The notes: generated by a model not told the origin, from the sequence alone. DNA of 64,000 bases from Tubulanus polymorphus (GCF_964204645.1 NC_134028.1:13315263-13379262); one strand, 5' to 3'; shown: positions 23,030-35,175, counted from the first letter of the stretch. Numbers and translations: made by a program.

Positions 23030-23247
23030 ATGGGAGGAATATATTTTTATTTTTCTAAATAATCAGTAGTTAAATTAGATAAAGTAACTGCTAATGTTAA
23101 TTTTAAAATATCATTGATATCAAATCTATCAACATTAACACTTCCCATTTTGAATACTTTTTTTAATACCATTGAATAACCAACAGTTCCAACTGATAGT
23201 AATGCGCAATTATATAATCCAGTTATTATCCACTTATTATCACTCAT
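23030..23247 (-). CDS. Small hydrophobic protein (~72 aa; premature stop just before the C-terminal KYIPPI)
   Basis: ORF 23047..23247; the homologue at 43195-43417 reads ...YLEKQKYIPPI. Confidence 0.7.
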
Positions 23248-23249
23248 TT

Positions 23250-23589
23250 ATTTATCAAAAAAATTACTATCATCAAAATATTTAGTTAACTTATTTATGA
23301 TTAATTCAACATTTATTTCATTACTACTTTTATGATTATCATATATTTTGGTTAATATGTTTTTAATATCATCAATAATTCCATCTTCATTTAATTCATA
23401 ATATTCTAAAGGTTATTTAATTAAATCAATTACTTTTTCTATATTATAATTTTCTTTATTAATCATTGATGCATTGTTAAATGATTTACTTTTTATATCA
23501 GTAATTACATCATTTAGTTTAATTCTCATTTCTTTACCATGTTTAAAATCAAACCCAAAACATATACTCGGTCCAACAGTTATATTCAT
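23250..23589 (-). pseudogene. Hypothetical protein MNITVGPSICFGFDFK... with one internal stop
   Basis: TAAATG start at 23589; open homologue at 42836..43216. Confidence 0.75.
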
Positions 23590-23606
23590 TTATATAGTGA
23601 AAAAAA

Positions 23607-24369
23607 TTACTCTTTACATCTTATAACTAATTCATAAATTACAGGAAAGGTATTCAAATCAATTAAATATCCATTGTGATTTCTAATTTCTAATCTAAAA
23701 TTATTAAAACGAGGAATGCATGGTTTGAAATCACATTCTGTTAAATTATAATTTATTTGCGTTCCAAATTCTTTAACATTCTTCAATGGTAAAATGTTTA
23801 GTAAACCAGAATTACAAGTTATATCTTTAGTTGCTTCGAATGTTTTTGTAGGATCGATAAAATTGCAATAAATATAAAAATGCGTGTAAGGTATTAAGTT
23901 TGGTGTAACAGCATCAATATTTGTAAAAGATCTAACTGGAAGAATTCCTAACAGTTTAGCTATAGGTTTTTTTTACCATAAATTTATGTTTTTCACTATT
24001 AGACAACCTAATCTTTATTCTATCAGAACTATCACTTTTTAAAAATCTAATACTAAACCCAGAACTACTACCTAATTTGTGCCAGGCTTTTCTATTAATT
24101 TCTTGTGCTAATGTATCTAAATTATATAACCCCGGTTTTAAATATATATAGACCCATGAATCTATGTGTCTATTAAAAACTAAAAAGGCTCTATGTTCAA
24201 TAGTTTTATTCGATATATTATAAAAAGAATTACATAAACTTATATTAACTAATTTTAAATCTACACAATTCTTAAATTCTCTATCTAATTGTACTAGTAA
24301 ATTATGTGATTTATAATTAGTAAGTCTTCTAGAATCAACAAATATTCTGTATTCTTTTAATTCTACCAT
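23607..24369 (-). pseudogene. Putative minor capsid (penton, single jelly-roll) protein; frameshift near 23955
   Basis: IFVDS...NSFYNI...LKPGLYNLDTL then LLGI...HFYIYCNFID...LLNILPL...FRLEIRNHNGYLIDLNTFPVIYELVI, the typical Polinton mCP pattern. Confidence 0.78.
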
Positions 24370-24383
24370 TTATTTTACATATT

Positions 24384-24737
24384 TTATTCGAAATCTATTT
24401 CATGATGCCCTTTTTCATTCTTACCTTTGTATACGAAATAGAAATCACCTGAACATAATTCTTCTAAATCTTCACTTGATAATCTATAAAATCTATCTGG
24501 TAAATATGTTCTGAATTTTTATGTATTTCCTTTTAATCCTTCATATTCTAAGTGTATAACTAATTTATCTCCATATTTGTTAGCAACTGTATCAATATTT
24601 GTAATTAGATATTTCTTATGGATTATTAATTCTGTTAACTTTTTGAATTTATAATCTACAGATTTTACATTTGTTATATCTTTAATTCTATCTAGAAATA
24701 ATTTGTTGTTCTCACTGTGTGTTTGTTTACTCTCCAT
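24384..24737 (-). pseudogene. Small protein, putative OB-fold ssDNA-binding protein; frameshift near 24520
   Basis: FKKLTEL...YLIT....NKYGDKLVIHL...TYLPDRF; near-intact copy at 48166..48459. Function is inferred from pattern and linkage to pPolB. Confidence 0.55.
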
Positions 24738-24766
24738 TTATAATACATATTTTTATTAAAATTTGA

Positions 24767-27700
24767 TTAACACGATAGAATTCTTTTCATTAACTCGTTC
24801 TCTTTTGTTTCTTCTCTTTTAAATTTTAAGTATTCATCTAAATTACAACCATAAGCAAGTGTATGAATTCCATCATCTAAAATATATCTTTTATCATCAA
24901 ATGGGTTTAGACTTATCTTTTCAATTTCTTCAATAAACATTTCATGATCTTCAGATCTTAAACATCTCATCTTATGTTTTCTAACTTCTTCATTGAATAT
25001 ACAATTGATGTAATCTTTGAAATGAATATTCTTTTCTACTACACTTTTGGTTATTCCTTTTAACTTTTTAGCTTCATGTTCTTTAGTTTTATATGAATAC
25101 ATTTTAGATCTAATACCAATGAATTCAATCATTTCTTCGCCACCTAATTCATCCTTAAACTTCCCTGGAACTTTTTTTATTATCATTGCTAAACAATTCA
25201 TGATCTTTAGGATAGTTACTGAAATCAAAATGATGTTTTAATGTTTTTAAATCATCAGTTATGTTATCAGTTTTTATCTTTAATATGTAAGAATCTGTAT
25301 CAAAATATAATATTTCTATATGTTTTTCTCCAAAAAGTGGTTGTAATACATTATAATAGAATTCATACATTAGTAATTTTGATAATTCTAAAACTGAAGC
25401 GCCAACATAGATTGGTTTATTAAATTTCATTGATGTTCTTCTCATTTTAACTGCAGCTAAATTTTCATCAAATATTCTGTTACCAATGAACTTAGGATAT
25501 GATTGTAAATGTCTAATTTATGATTTAATCTAATGTCTTTTTACCATTACTAACTAACTCAATATCATTTCTATTTCTAATATTTTCACAAGTCTTACCA
25601 TAGAATGCATTATTCATTAACTTGAAGAAATCTTTCTCGAAATCAGTTTTAGCTTCAGTTCTCTGTTTGGTGTTAAAATCTATATATTTTTCTAACCACT
25701 TAGATTGACTGAATGAAATATATCAATGTACTTTTTTTAGAATCATTCCTTGTTTTAGATAAAACTTTAACATTCTGTAATGTACTACATAATTATATTT
25801 ATCTTCTTGAGTTACCATTAACTTTTCTGTATGAATAAGATTTTCGGGTTTAATTCTTTTTTGATAATTTGATAATTCTTCATGAGTAACGGTTTTATGT
25901 TCGGGACAGTATGCTAGATTTCTAGATTTAAATTTAATATGTTCAGGATATTCTAAATCTACAACAAAGAAGTAACCAGTATCTGAATCATCTGCAATAT
26001 CTAGAATTCTTTTCTTCCAATCAAATTTATCATTATTTTCATTCTGTAAAACTTCACTTATTTCAAATACTCCATAAGGTTGTGGTTCCATCATTGCCCA
26101 ACCATACAAATTATTTGCATCTATATATAATAACTTATATCCAGGGTTATCATTTACATTGAAATATCTATCACCTAATACACCTGAAACTCCTCCTCTT
26201 ATAGATTTTTCAAATAATAATAATTGATCTGTATTTGTTAACAAATCCATTTTTACATCTGTAAATTTTAATCCACAATCCCATGTTAGACCTGGGCTAG
26301 AATAACAATGACAAGGATCAATATTGAAATATTTTAGGTTTACAACTCTAAACCTTTCGAATATATCAGTTAATAATAATAAATCTGATTTTAAATATAA
26401 ATCTACTAATTGTCCATGATTTTCTATTTTGAAATGATTCCAAATATTCAATGTTCTACTATATACTTCATCTTTAACATATTCATTTTTTAATTCATCA
26501 TAGAATTGTTCTTTTAATAATTCAGTTATATTGAAATCACTATGATTTTTATAAAAAGAATATGGAATTGCTCCTGGGTAGTGTTGTTTTAATATTTTCA
26601 ATTCATCATCAACTAATGATTTTGATAAGTTATCTAATGAACTATTTAAAAATCTATATGAATCTATAAATCTTAATCACCCAAATTGGAATGATATATA
26701 ATTCTCAGATGTTTTAGCTAACATTCTAAATTTATAAGTTGGTATTTTATCTTTTGATCTATTTGAATTTAATCTTTCTATTTCATCATTAATTTCTTCT
26801 ATTTTATGACATAACTGTTTCTTCTATTTTATGACATAACTGTTTGATGAACAAATATGCATCATATCCTGATAGATTATGAAATATAACTGGTACAAAG
26901 TTAATTTTCTTAGCTTGTAAGTTACAATTCTCATCTTCAGCGCCTCTAAATTTCCATTCAAATGATCATGGTCTCTTAATTTTTTATCTTTATAATTAAA
27001 TATCTTTTCACAATAATAACATTTATCTGCAAACGCAAATGCTTCTTTATCTTCTTCTGTCATTATAATTTCTATATTTGTATTCAATAATTTACTAAAT
27101 CTTATTTCATATTCAATTAATAAGTCACAAAAATGATTGATAACATTTTCATTTCTATAATGATAATATTCACTTTCAATTAGTTCTGGATAATCAGATT
27201 TAATATATAACCCGAAAGCTGCAGCTGATTGGTGAATCTTTTTATAATATACATATATAACAAATGGTACTTTATTTTTGTAATCATATTTTTTGAATTC
27301 TAATATTTTATCCTTTTCATTTGGTAAAACTTATTTACAATAATCATGATTTTCACATAATTGTTTATGATTTAATAATGTACTTTCATTACTGAATCTA
27401 TGTAAACATTTTCTACAAAGATATATTTTATGGTGATCACTTTCTGATTTAAAAAATAAATCGATTTGTTTAATCCACATATAATGATTCTGATAATATA
27501 GTATATCTATAACATCGTTTGAATCATAATCTTTTGATAGATATAAAGGTTCTAATGTATAATGTTTTATATTGTTACCTTTTGTATTTGGTAATTTGAT
27601 TAAATCAAATACATTTATCTTTATATTATTATCTCTTTCTATTTTTGGGATGTTTTTAATTATAACAGGATACTTATCTATCTTATAATTATTTTCAAAT

Positions 27701-28669
27701 GGTTTATAATGAGTTAATCTATAAGTATGTTTAATATAATCTTCAACTGGGTGTAATCTTCAACTTATAATTGTCCATAGAAAACATTTATCATCTTCAT
27801 TTTGTAAATTTATTACAGCATTAGTTTTAAATGGTAGTTTAATATAACTTGATGCTTCAATATCTGGTTCTTTATAATATGATAAATTATTATATTTTGT
27901 GTTATAAACATGTAAAGTCATAAATATTATTTCATCAAATATTAAACCAGATCCTTCAAAATATTTCTATTTTAGTTTTTACTTCATTATAACATTTATC
28001 TAATTTATCATCTACGTATATGTTGTTTTGAAATAATATGTTGTGAATGAGAATTTATATTATATATTGGTTTATCTTCAGATTTTATAAACTTTACTTT
28101 AACTGATATACTAATTTTAGGATATTCAACATCAGTAATTATTTTTATTATGTCTTTCATATTTTCTAAATGTTTTTTATTTTCTTCTAATGTTTTTTTT
28201 CCTTGATGAAATTTAAACTCGATAGCTGCTGGACCAATATCACTTTTAAATGCTTCGGTTATCTCTATATCTTTTTTATTATCTAATGAATTAATATAAT
28301 TTCTTACATCTTCCATGGTCTTTTATTGTTTAATTTATTTTTTATGCTTTTAATTGTCTTCTGTTTCTTATCATTATCTTTATCAAAATAATCTTCACCT
28401 AAAATATCATTATTCATATTTCTAATATGACTTTTAGATTTTAAATGTTCTTTATAATATCTTTTATCACTGAATGATTGATTACATGTATCACATTTGT
28501 ATGTTTCTTTTTTATTCTTTAATTCATCTAATTTAGTTTCTAATATATCATCTTCATGTTCTAGTTTCAATTTATTCTCTAAATGTGTTTTAGTTTTATT
28601 GTCTCTTGCTTTTTGGGATTTATCTATATTGATATTACATGTTGGACAGTAGTACTTATTTGCTTCCAT
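24767..28669 (-). pseudogene. polB: Protein-primed family B DNA polymerase (fragmented) with N-terminal zinc fingers, OTU-like domain and HNH/endonuclease VII insertion
   Basis: YIDANNLYGWAM, KLMNNAFYGKTCEN, YFDTDS, GKFKDE, KMYSY, DDKRY; IRGGVS; DLYLKSDLLLL; CYYC...RDHDHLNG; NEDDKCFLW...NHYMWI. Many frameshifts and a deletion removing the DFES exonuclease motif that is present at ~39720. Confidence 0.93.
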
Positions 28670-28873
28670 TTTAATACTAATTTTTTTTTTAAATTGATTT
28701 TAGAAGTTCAATGATTTATATATGTATTATTTCAATCACACTTTACTAACACTGTTAATGTTTAAAAATCTAACTCAAACAAATATGAATATTGAAATAA
28801 TGTTGTAAATATATACTTTTATATTGAATAATCTGTCAATTTAAATGTTATTCATGTATATGATTATTTTAAG

Positions 28874-29253
28874 AGTAATAGGGGTAATGGGCTTTCAGGT
28901 TAAAGGTTAAAAGTAATTTAAAACTATAATATATTTTCATAACCGTGTGTATTTCAGTTGAATAATAGAATAATTATTATTATTAAAATATATTTGATTA
29001 TATGAATTTGTGTATTGTAAATAAATCAATTGGTTGCGGAGCGGAGCGGTAGCGAAGTAGAGCGACCAATTGATTTAATACAATATGCTTTTAAAATTAA
29101 AATTATTAATATCTTAGAATATATATTTAGTTATAATATAAAATACACACGGTTATGAAAACATATTATAGTTTCAAATTACTTTTAATGTTTTGTTTTT
29201 TAATGAGCTCGACCCTTCGACCTTTGGCCTGAAAGCCCATTACCCCTATTACT
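28874..29253. repeat. Right terminal fold-back palindrome (380 bp)
   Basis: AGTAATAGGGGTAATGGGCTTTCAGG ... CCTGAAAGCCCATTACCCCTATTACT; inner arms AAAAGTAATTT..CATAACCGTGTGTATTT / AAATACACACGGTTATG..AAATTACTTTT; purine-rich loop GCGGAGCGGAGCGGTAGCGAAG. Confidence 0.9.
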
Positions 29254-29884
29254 CATATATCGATTTGCGAAATACTTCCTTGTTCGGTAAAACGTTCGTT
29301 GATTGGTCAATTTAACGGGAAAACCAACAGAAGTCTACTGACGGTTTGTTACAAGCGCTGTGATTGGTACGACCAGATTCGTGAGGTCAAGGGGTCGGGG
29401 AACAGCTTTAGCGTAGTGGGTTCGAATCCCATGCCGGGTGAAGATGTTGTTCTTTGGGATACGAATTGTGAGGAGGTGCCCCCTTATGTGTTGTCTCTTC
29501 ATTTTTGTGTGGTGTCTGTTTTTGTCACCGTAATGTTGTTTTCCATTAATCGAAAGAACGGGTGTTAAATTACTGGTTGAAATTGTATCATTGATGGCTT
29601 TTCCGTTGCCCCCGCTGGACACCCCGCTTCACTTGGTAGTAGTCGGACGGTTTTTGGTGGTAATTAGTGTGACATCATGGCGGGCCGTGTTCGTTTATTT
29701 GTGATTATATTGACGGATTAGTTTGGGTTGTTGTGGTTTCTAAGTAGTCTATTACTTTGACCAAAAGTCGTCGGCTGTTGTAGTAATTAATGCAAATTAC
29801 AGTGGAGGTAATTATTTAGATGGCGGGTTGATATAAGTTGTGTAAACAACCTAGTCCCCTATTCTTGAATCTACCCTTGCGATC

Positions 29885-30130
29885 TTCTAACCACGTATCG
29901 CTACCGTCTTAAAACCTTTGGTGGACGTAGCTTCCAATGTATTGCTCCAACTCTGTGGAACTCTCTCGACGCAAATATACGGAATGTAACTGAAATCAAC
30001 ACTTTCAAACAGAGAGTAAAACATTTGCTTTCCTGCAAAGCCTATGCTTTGAGAATTCAGCACCACTACCTTACAATGCGCTGGTGAACATTATTATTAG
30101 TGAAACAGGCGCTATATAAATGTGACATTA
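29885..30130 (+). mobile_element. 5'-truncated L2-type LINE 3' end
   Basis: Translates RLKTFGGRSFQCIAPTLWNSL...TFKQRVKHLL, followed by GCGCT...GCGCTATATAAAT and an ATT tail. Confidence 0.7.
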
Positions 30131-33100
30131 TTAGGGTTTCTGCTGCTTCGGCAGAAACCCTATTGGATTCCTGCTGATTATTATTAGGGTTTCTGCTGCC
30201 TCGGCAGAAACCCTATTGGATTCCTCCTGATTATTATTTAAACATATTTTCCACTGAGTTTCGTCACATAAAAATCATCTTCTATTAGATTTGACTACTA
30301 ACAACTTTGAAAGAAATGTTAAACTTTTAAATAGAGAGATAAATGAGATATACAGGCATGCGCCGCGTTGGGCAGCACCTGTTTTATAGCTCCTGAAAAT
30401 TGTGATTTTACCAGTGGAATACATGTTAGCAGCTTTCGTTTCTTTTACTGGAGTAATTAATAATAAACCAAGGACGCAGTCAAGTAGTTTTATTGGATTT
30501 ATATGCAATCTGGAACTGGCAAGTTAGTTTTTGAAGATTCTGGATTTAATTCTATGTAAATGTCAACAGATGGCAGTCCTAACGGTAGAATATATTGCGA
30601 CAAGATTGGGACTAAGTGCAATAAATATTGACCTTGTAAGCGCACTTCCTCACAATATCTATAGAACTATCTGTGACCTTGGAATCAATAGAAAACCAAC
30701 TAACCGTGGTCGTAATTGTGAACTTGGAATCAATAGAAAACCAACTAAGCGCGGTCGTAGATCCGGGGCAAGGTTAAATAAACACAGACCAGCTGGTGTT
30801 AACGGATACAATTTGACCTATATTTCAATCGAGAAAAACTCAGTCTGTAAAAACTTATTGAAGGCTGTTCTATTGAATACTAGGTCCCTGGTCAATAAAA
30901 CAACATTGATCAGCGAACATATTTTAGAACTGTCAGCAGACCTAGCATTCTTTACCGAAACATGGATCAAAGACAATGAGACCCATTCTCATAGTATATC
31001 CGATGTAACTCCTGTTGGATACAAGTTTTTAAGTAGCCCTCGTGCTACTGGTCACCGTGGTGGTGGAATCCGTGTTCTTTACAATGCTGCTGCTAAAGTT
31101 AAGGAATTGAAATCATCAAATCAGTATAAGATGTTCGAGCTATTACAGACTGAAGTGACATGCCACAACACTAGTATTATTTTTGTTACTGTTTATCGTC
31201 CACCTCCCTCAGCAGCAAATGGTTATACTGTAGGTGGTTTTCTAAATGAATTCGAATTATTCTTAAGCGAAATATGTGACATCCCGCAATCTCTCATCAT
31301 ACTAGGGGATTTTAATTTTCACATAGATGAACCTGATAAACTGGAGGTATCAAAATTTCTGGACATCCTGTCAGCTTATGGTTTCAATCAGATGGTTACT
31401 GGCCCCACTCATAGGAAAGGCCATACGTTGGATTTGGTCATTTCGCGGTCTGTTGATCGTGTCGTTTCAAATGTAATAGCGCTTGATTCCTGTATCACTG
31501 ATCACTCGCCGATTGTTTGTGATCTGGATGTTGCGAAGTTTCAGTATCCTCGTGTAACTAAAACGTCTCGAAATCTACGTTCTGTAAATTCCCTAAATCT
31601 CTGTCAGTCCTGGGCATACGACATCAACCAAATGTCTGCTGTAGAAGATGTTAATCAACTTGTTGACTATTATAACGAGACGGGTAGCGAACTTTTAGAT
31701 TCCGTAGCGCCTCTTATGACACGTGAAGTTACTCTGCATCCCGGTAGTTCCAAGTGGTATACATCAGAGATTCATACAGCACGACAATTAAGACGGAAGT
31801 TAGAGAGACAGTGGCGGAGCACGGGGCTAGAGATCCATAAGGATATGTACATGTTGCAGCGTAATACTGTTATTCGCTTAGTGAAACAGGCAAAATCTGA
31901 ATATTATAGGAGTAAAATGACAGATGTTAAGCAAACATTTAAAGTGATAAACTGTGATCTATTGAATAGAGATGAGAAATTATTACCATCGGGTGATGCA
32001 AAGCAAGTGGCTGAAAAATTCAGTACATATTTTTCAGACAAGATTGTCTCTATCCGTAATGATTTGGATTCTTATCATTGTGGACCTTTGTATGAGACGG
32101 AGCATTTTGATCCACCAAAATTAGAATGTTTTTCTGTCACTAACAATGTTGAACTTTGTAAAATTATTAATCGCATGCATGCGAAATCCTGCTCTTTGGA
32201 CCCAGTACCAACAGTCATCCTGAAATCAAATTTATCTGAATCTGGTATGTTACAGGCACTAGTTAAGATTGTAAACACGTGTATTACTACAAGCGTTTTT
32301 CCAGATTGTCTGAAGCATGCCATTATTCACCCTTTGCTGAAGAAGTCAACCTTAGATTTTCAGAACTATAAAAACTTCCGGCCAGTTTCAAATATTTCTT
32401 TCCTGTCTAAAGTCATTGAAAAAGTTATTGCAGTCAGGATAGTTGATCATCTTCAAAGTAACGATTTCTATGAACCGTTTCAGTCTGCATATCGTGCTTT
32501 TCATAGTACCGAGTCAGCTCTCCTTAGAGTAACTAATGATATATTGTCTGCTATGGATGATGGCAACATCGTATTGATGGTATTGCTTGATCTATCGGCG
32601 GCCTTCGATACGATTGATCATAACATTCTTCTAGATCGACTTAAATTTTTGTATGGTTTTGGAGACTCAATTATAGCTCTTGTCAGTTCTTATATTAAAA
32701 ATCGTACTCAGACAGTAATTGTAGAAGGTGAAAGTTCGGCTTCTAAACCTTTAACCTGTGGCATACCTCAAGGATCTGTTTTGGGTCCGATTTTGTTTAC
32801 TTTGTATGTTCAGCCTATTGGCAATTTAGTCAGACATTTTTCAACTGAATATCATTTGTATGCTGATGACGACCAGCTGTATAAAGTTGTAAATCCGAAG
32901 AGTCTTGCTGATGTAATTTCAGCTTTGAATACACTAGCTGAACTTGTTCAGGTGTTGTCCAATTGGATGACAATTAATAAATTAAAAACTAACGGCGATA
33001 AAACCGAATTCGTAATACTTGGTTCACCATATGCCAAAAGCCTTTTACCCAGTGATTTATATATTACTATTGATGGTATTGAAATCCATCCATCAACTTA

Positions 33101-35101
33101 TGTTAAGAATCTAGGTGCAATTTTGGATGAACATTTGTCTTTATCAAAGCATGTTAACAATATTTGTCGCATTGCTAACTACCATCTGTATTGCATAGGT
33201 AAAATACGAAGTCTGTTAGACGGTGCAGCGTGTAAAGCAGCCGTTGTTTCTTTGGTGATTAGCAGGCTTGATTATGCCGATTCGCTGCTTGTCGGCTCCA
33301 ATGCCACTTTGATCAAGCGTCTTCAGCTCGTCCAGAACAATGCCGCTCGCCTTATCACTAAGAAAAAGAAGAGTGAGCATATAACACCTGTCCTACAGTC
33401 TTTACATTGGCTGCCAATCTCGGTGCGGATTGAATACAAGATTCTCTTTATGGTGTACAAATGTTTACATGGACTAGCACCCGAGTACCTGAAATCCCTT
33501 CTGTCTCAATATAATCCGACCCGGTCTCTGCGTTCCAGCCACGATAAAACAATTCTAGTCAAACCAATTCCACGTATTTCGTACGGCAGTCGATCTTTTT
33601 AATGTATTAGTCCAATCCTCTGGAACAAACTTCCAATATCTCTGAGAGAAAGTGCATCTGTTGACATTTCTAAACGTAATCTTAAGACATACCTTTTTAG
33701 CCAAACCTACTCTTAAAACCTACTATGTATTGTTTTATTATGCATGTATACCCAACTTATGTAATTTTAACAATTTTCTGTGTATTTTGTATTGTGTTTT
33801 ACATTGTGAAGCGCAGCGATTATTTCTTAGATCTGCGCTATATAAGAAAATATATCATTATTATTTATTATTTAATAATGTAAATAATATAACAGTGTGT
33901 GTTATATGTTAAATAATATAACAGTTTTTTTCTGCGCGTAGTTTCTATGGATGTACTGTGCTTCCTATTTTAAACTTGAAGGTACTTAAAGATAACACCG
34001 GTGGAAATAGCGATCATCAATCATGGCGCGAATCTGAAAGTTTGTGACGTCATTTCATAAATAAATAAAGAAGGAAGGCTCCGAGAATATCCAAATCACA
34101 GGATACTGTGAATAACCGGGATCGACCATTCACAAGTTAAAAATGTACTTCCTTGTTTGTGAAGTAAGTTTATTCATACTGTTAAAAGCAGTTCCTTTTA
34201 AACATTCTATAATAGTATAGTTTTGTTCGTGAATATCAATACTTCGAAAAATCAACAGCGGTTTATTTATTTATTGTACCGGTACGCGTTTTCTCAATTG
34301 AATTGAATTGGTCCGGTCCAAAAGGCGGGTCATACTAGTTAGCGTCAGAAAATGTCAGCGTCGGTGATACCTTGTTATCGTCGATATCTAACGGTCTAAA
34401 GTCAGTTTATACACCACATACATTACAAATTGGAGGTCCCTTGTACATGTACATCACATCGTGACGCATCGGCGATGGTAATGTCATAGAAGAACAAAGT
34501 CAGTTGAAAATACCTACCCACTGCACCGATAAAGAATGATTGCTAGCCAGAGACCAGTGACAGTCAGTAACGGGGAGTGATGGTACCGTTCGTGATTATG
34601 TTTTTATAATGATCATTGGACGTCAATTTCATATGTGAATTGTAGTCCCCATCTGATCGCTTGACTTGTCAGACTGACTTGTCACTCCCCTACTAATAGT
34701 AACACTATAAGGCCTTCCATCCTGCATAGTTTACCATATAGGCCAAATTTGTGCTTTGGGCCAAATTCGGTTTTCTTATCTAGTCGACTTTTTTTCGGGA
34801 CTAATAATAACCGAATATGCGCTGAAACTGTCAGTGGGTATGGTAAAAACACCGTAGCTTCGTTCTTCTCGATGTTATTTCCCCCAAAACCTGGCACATA
34901 TGTACTTTGCGCGTAGTAGCACATGCGCGTAGTAGCACATGTGGATCAACATATCCATGTTGTGAGTTGACCCCTAGGTGGCACTTTTTCGAAAAAAACG
35001 GAATGTAACGAACTGATTTCGGGTGAAATCTTAGCTCGCATCCCTGAACGACATTCTATCCAGAAAGGCAGAAACCCGTTATCGCTGCTTGCAGCTATAT
35101 T
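30131..35101 (+). mobile_element. Non-autonomous Helentron family B (duplicated 5' hairpin) containing a nested LINE
   Basis: 5' TTAGGGTTTCTGC-TGCYTCG-GCAGAAACCCTATTG twice (30131, 30184); 3' subTIR GCAGAAACCC plus hairpin GCTGCTTGCAGC then TATATT at 35068-35101; sits in a (TTA)n tract. Confidence 0.7.
30531..33716 (+). CDS. L2/CR1-group LINE ORF2 (APE endonuclease + reverse transcriptase); premature stop at 33600-33602, natural stop at 33716
   Basis: LLNTRSL, TETW, VYRPP, LGDFN, TLDLV, TDH; FRPVS, LDLSAAFDTIDH, GIPQGSVLGP, YADD; C-terminal HITPVLQSLHWLP; after the stop reads CISPILWNKLP...KRNLKTYLF; 3' stem-loop AGCGCAG..CTGCGCT and ATT tail near 33810-33870. Confidence 0.95.
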
Positions 35102-35121
35102 TATTATTATTATTATTATTA

Positions 35122-35174
<53 letters not shown>

Positions 35175-35175
35175 G
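35100..35175. repeat. (TTA)n microsatellite
   Basis: About 25 TTA units. Confidence 0.95.

Larger units (their letters stand above)
10283..29253 (-). mobile_element. Complete (decayed) Polinton/Maverick-type endogenous virus, ~19 kb (~16.8 kb without the Helentron insert)
   Basis: 6-bp TSD CATATA (10277-10282 and 29254-29259); AGT...ACT termini; inverted terminal homology including a ~60-bp inner block (10550-10608 vs 28815-28873); pPolB, integrase, ATPase and capsid genes; very AT-rich relative to flanks. Confidence 0.95.
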
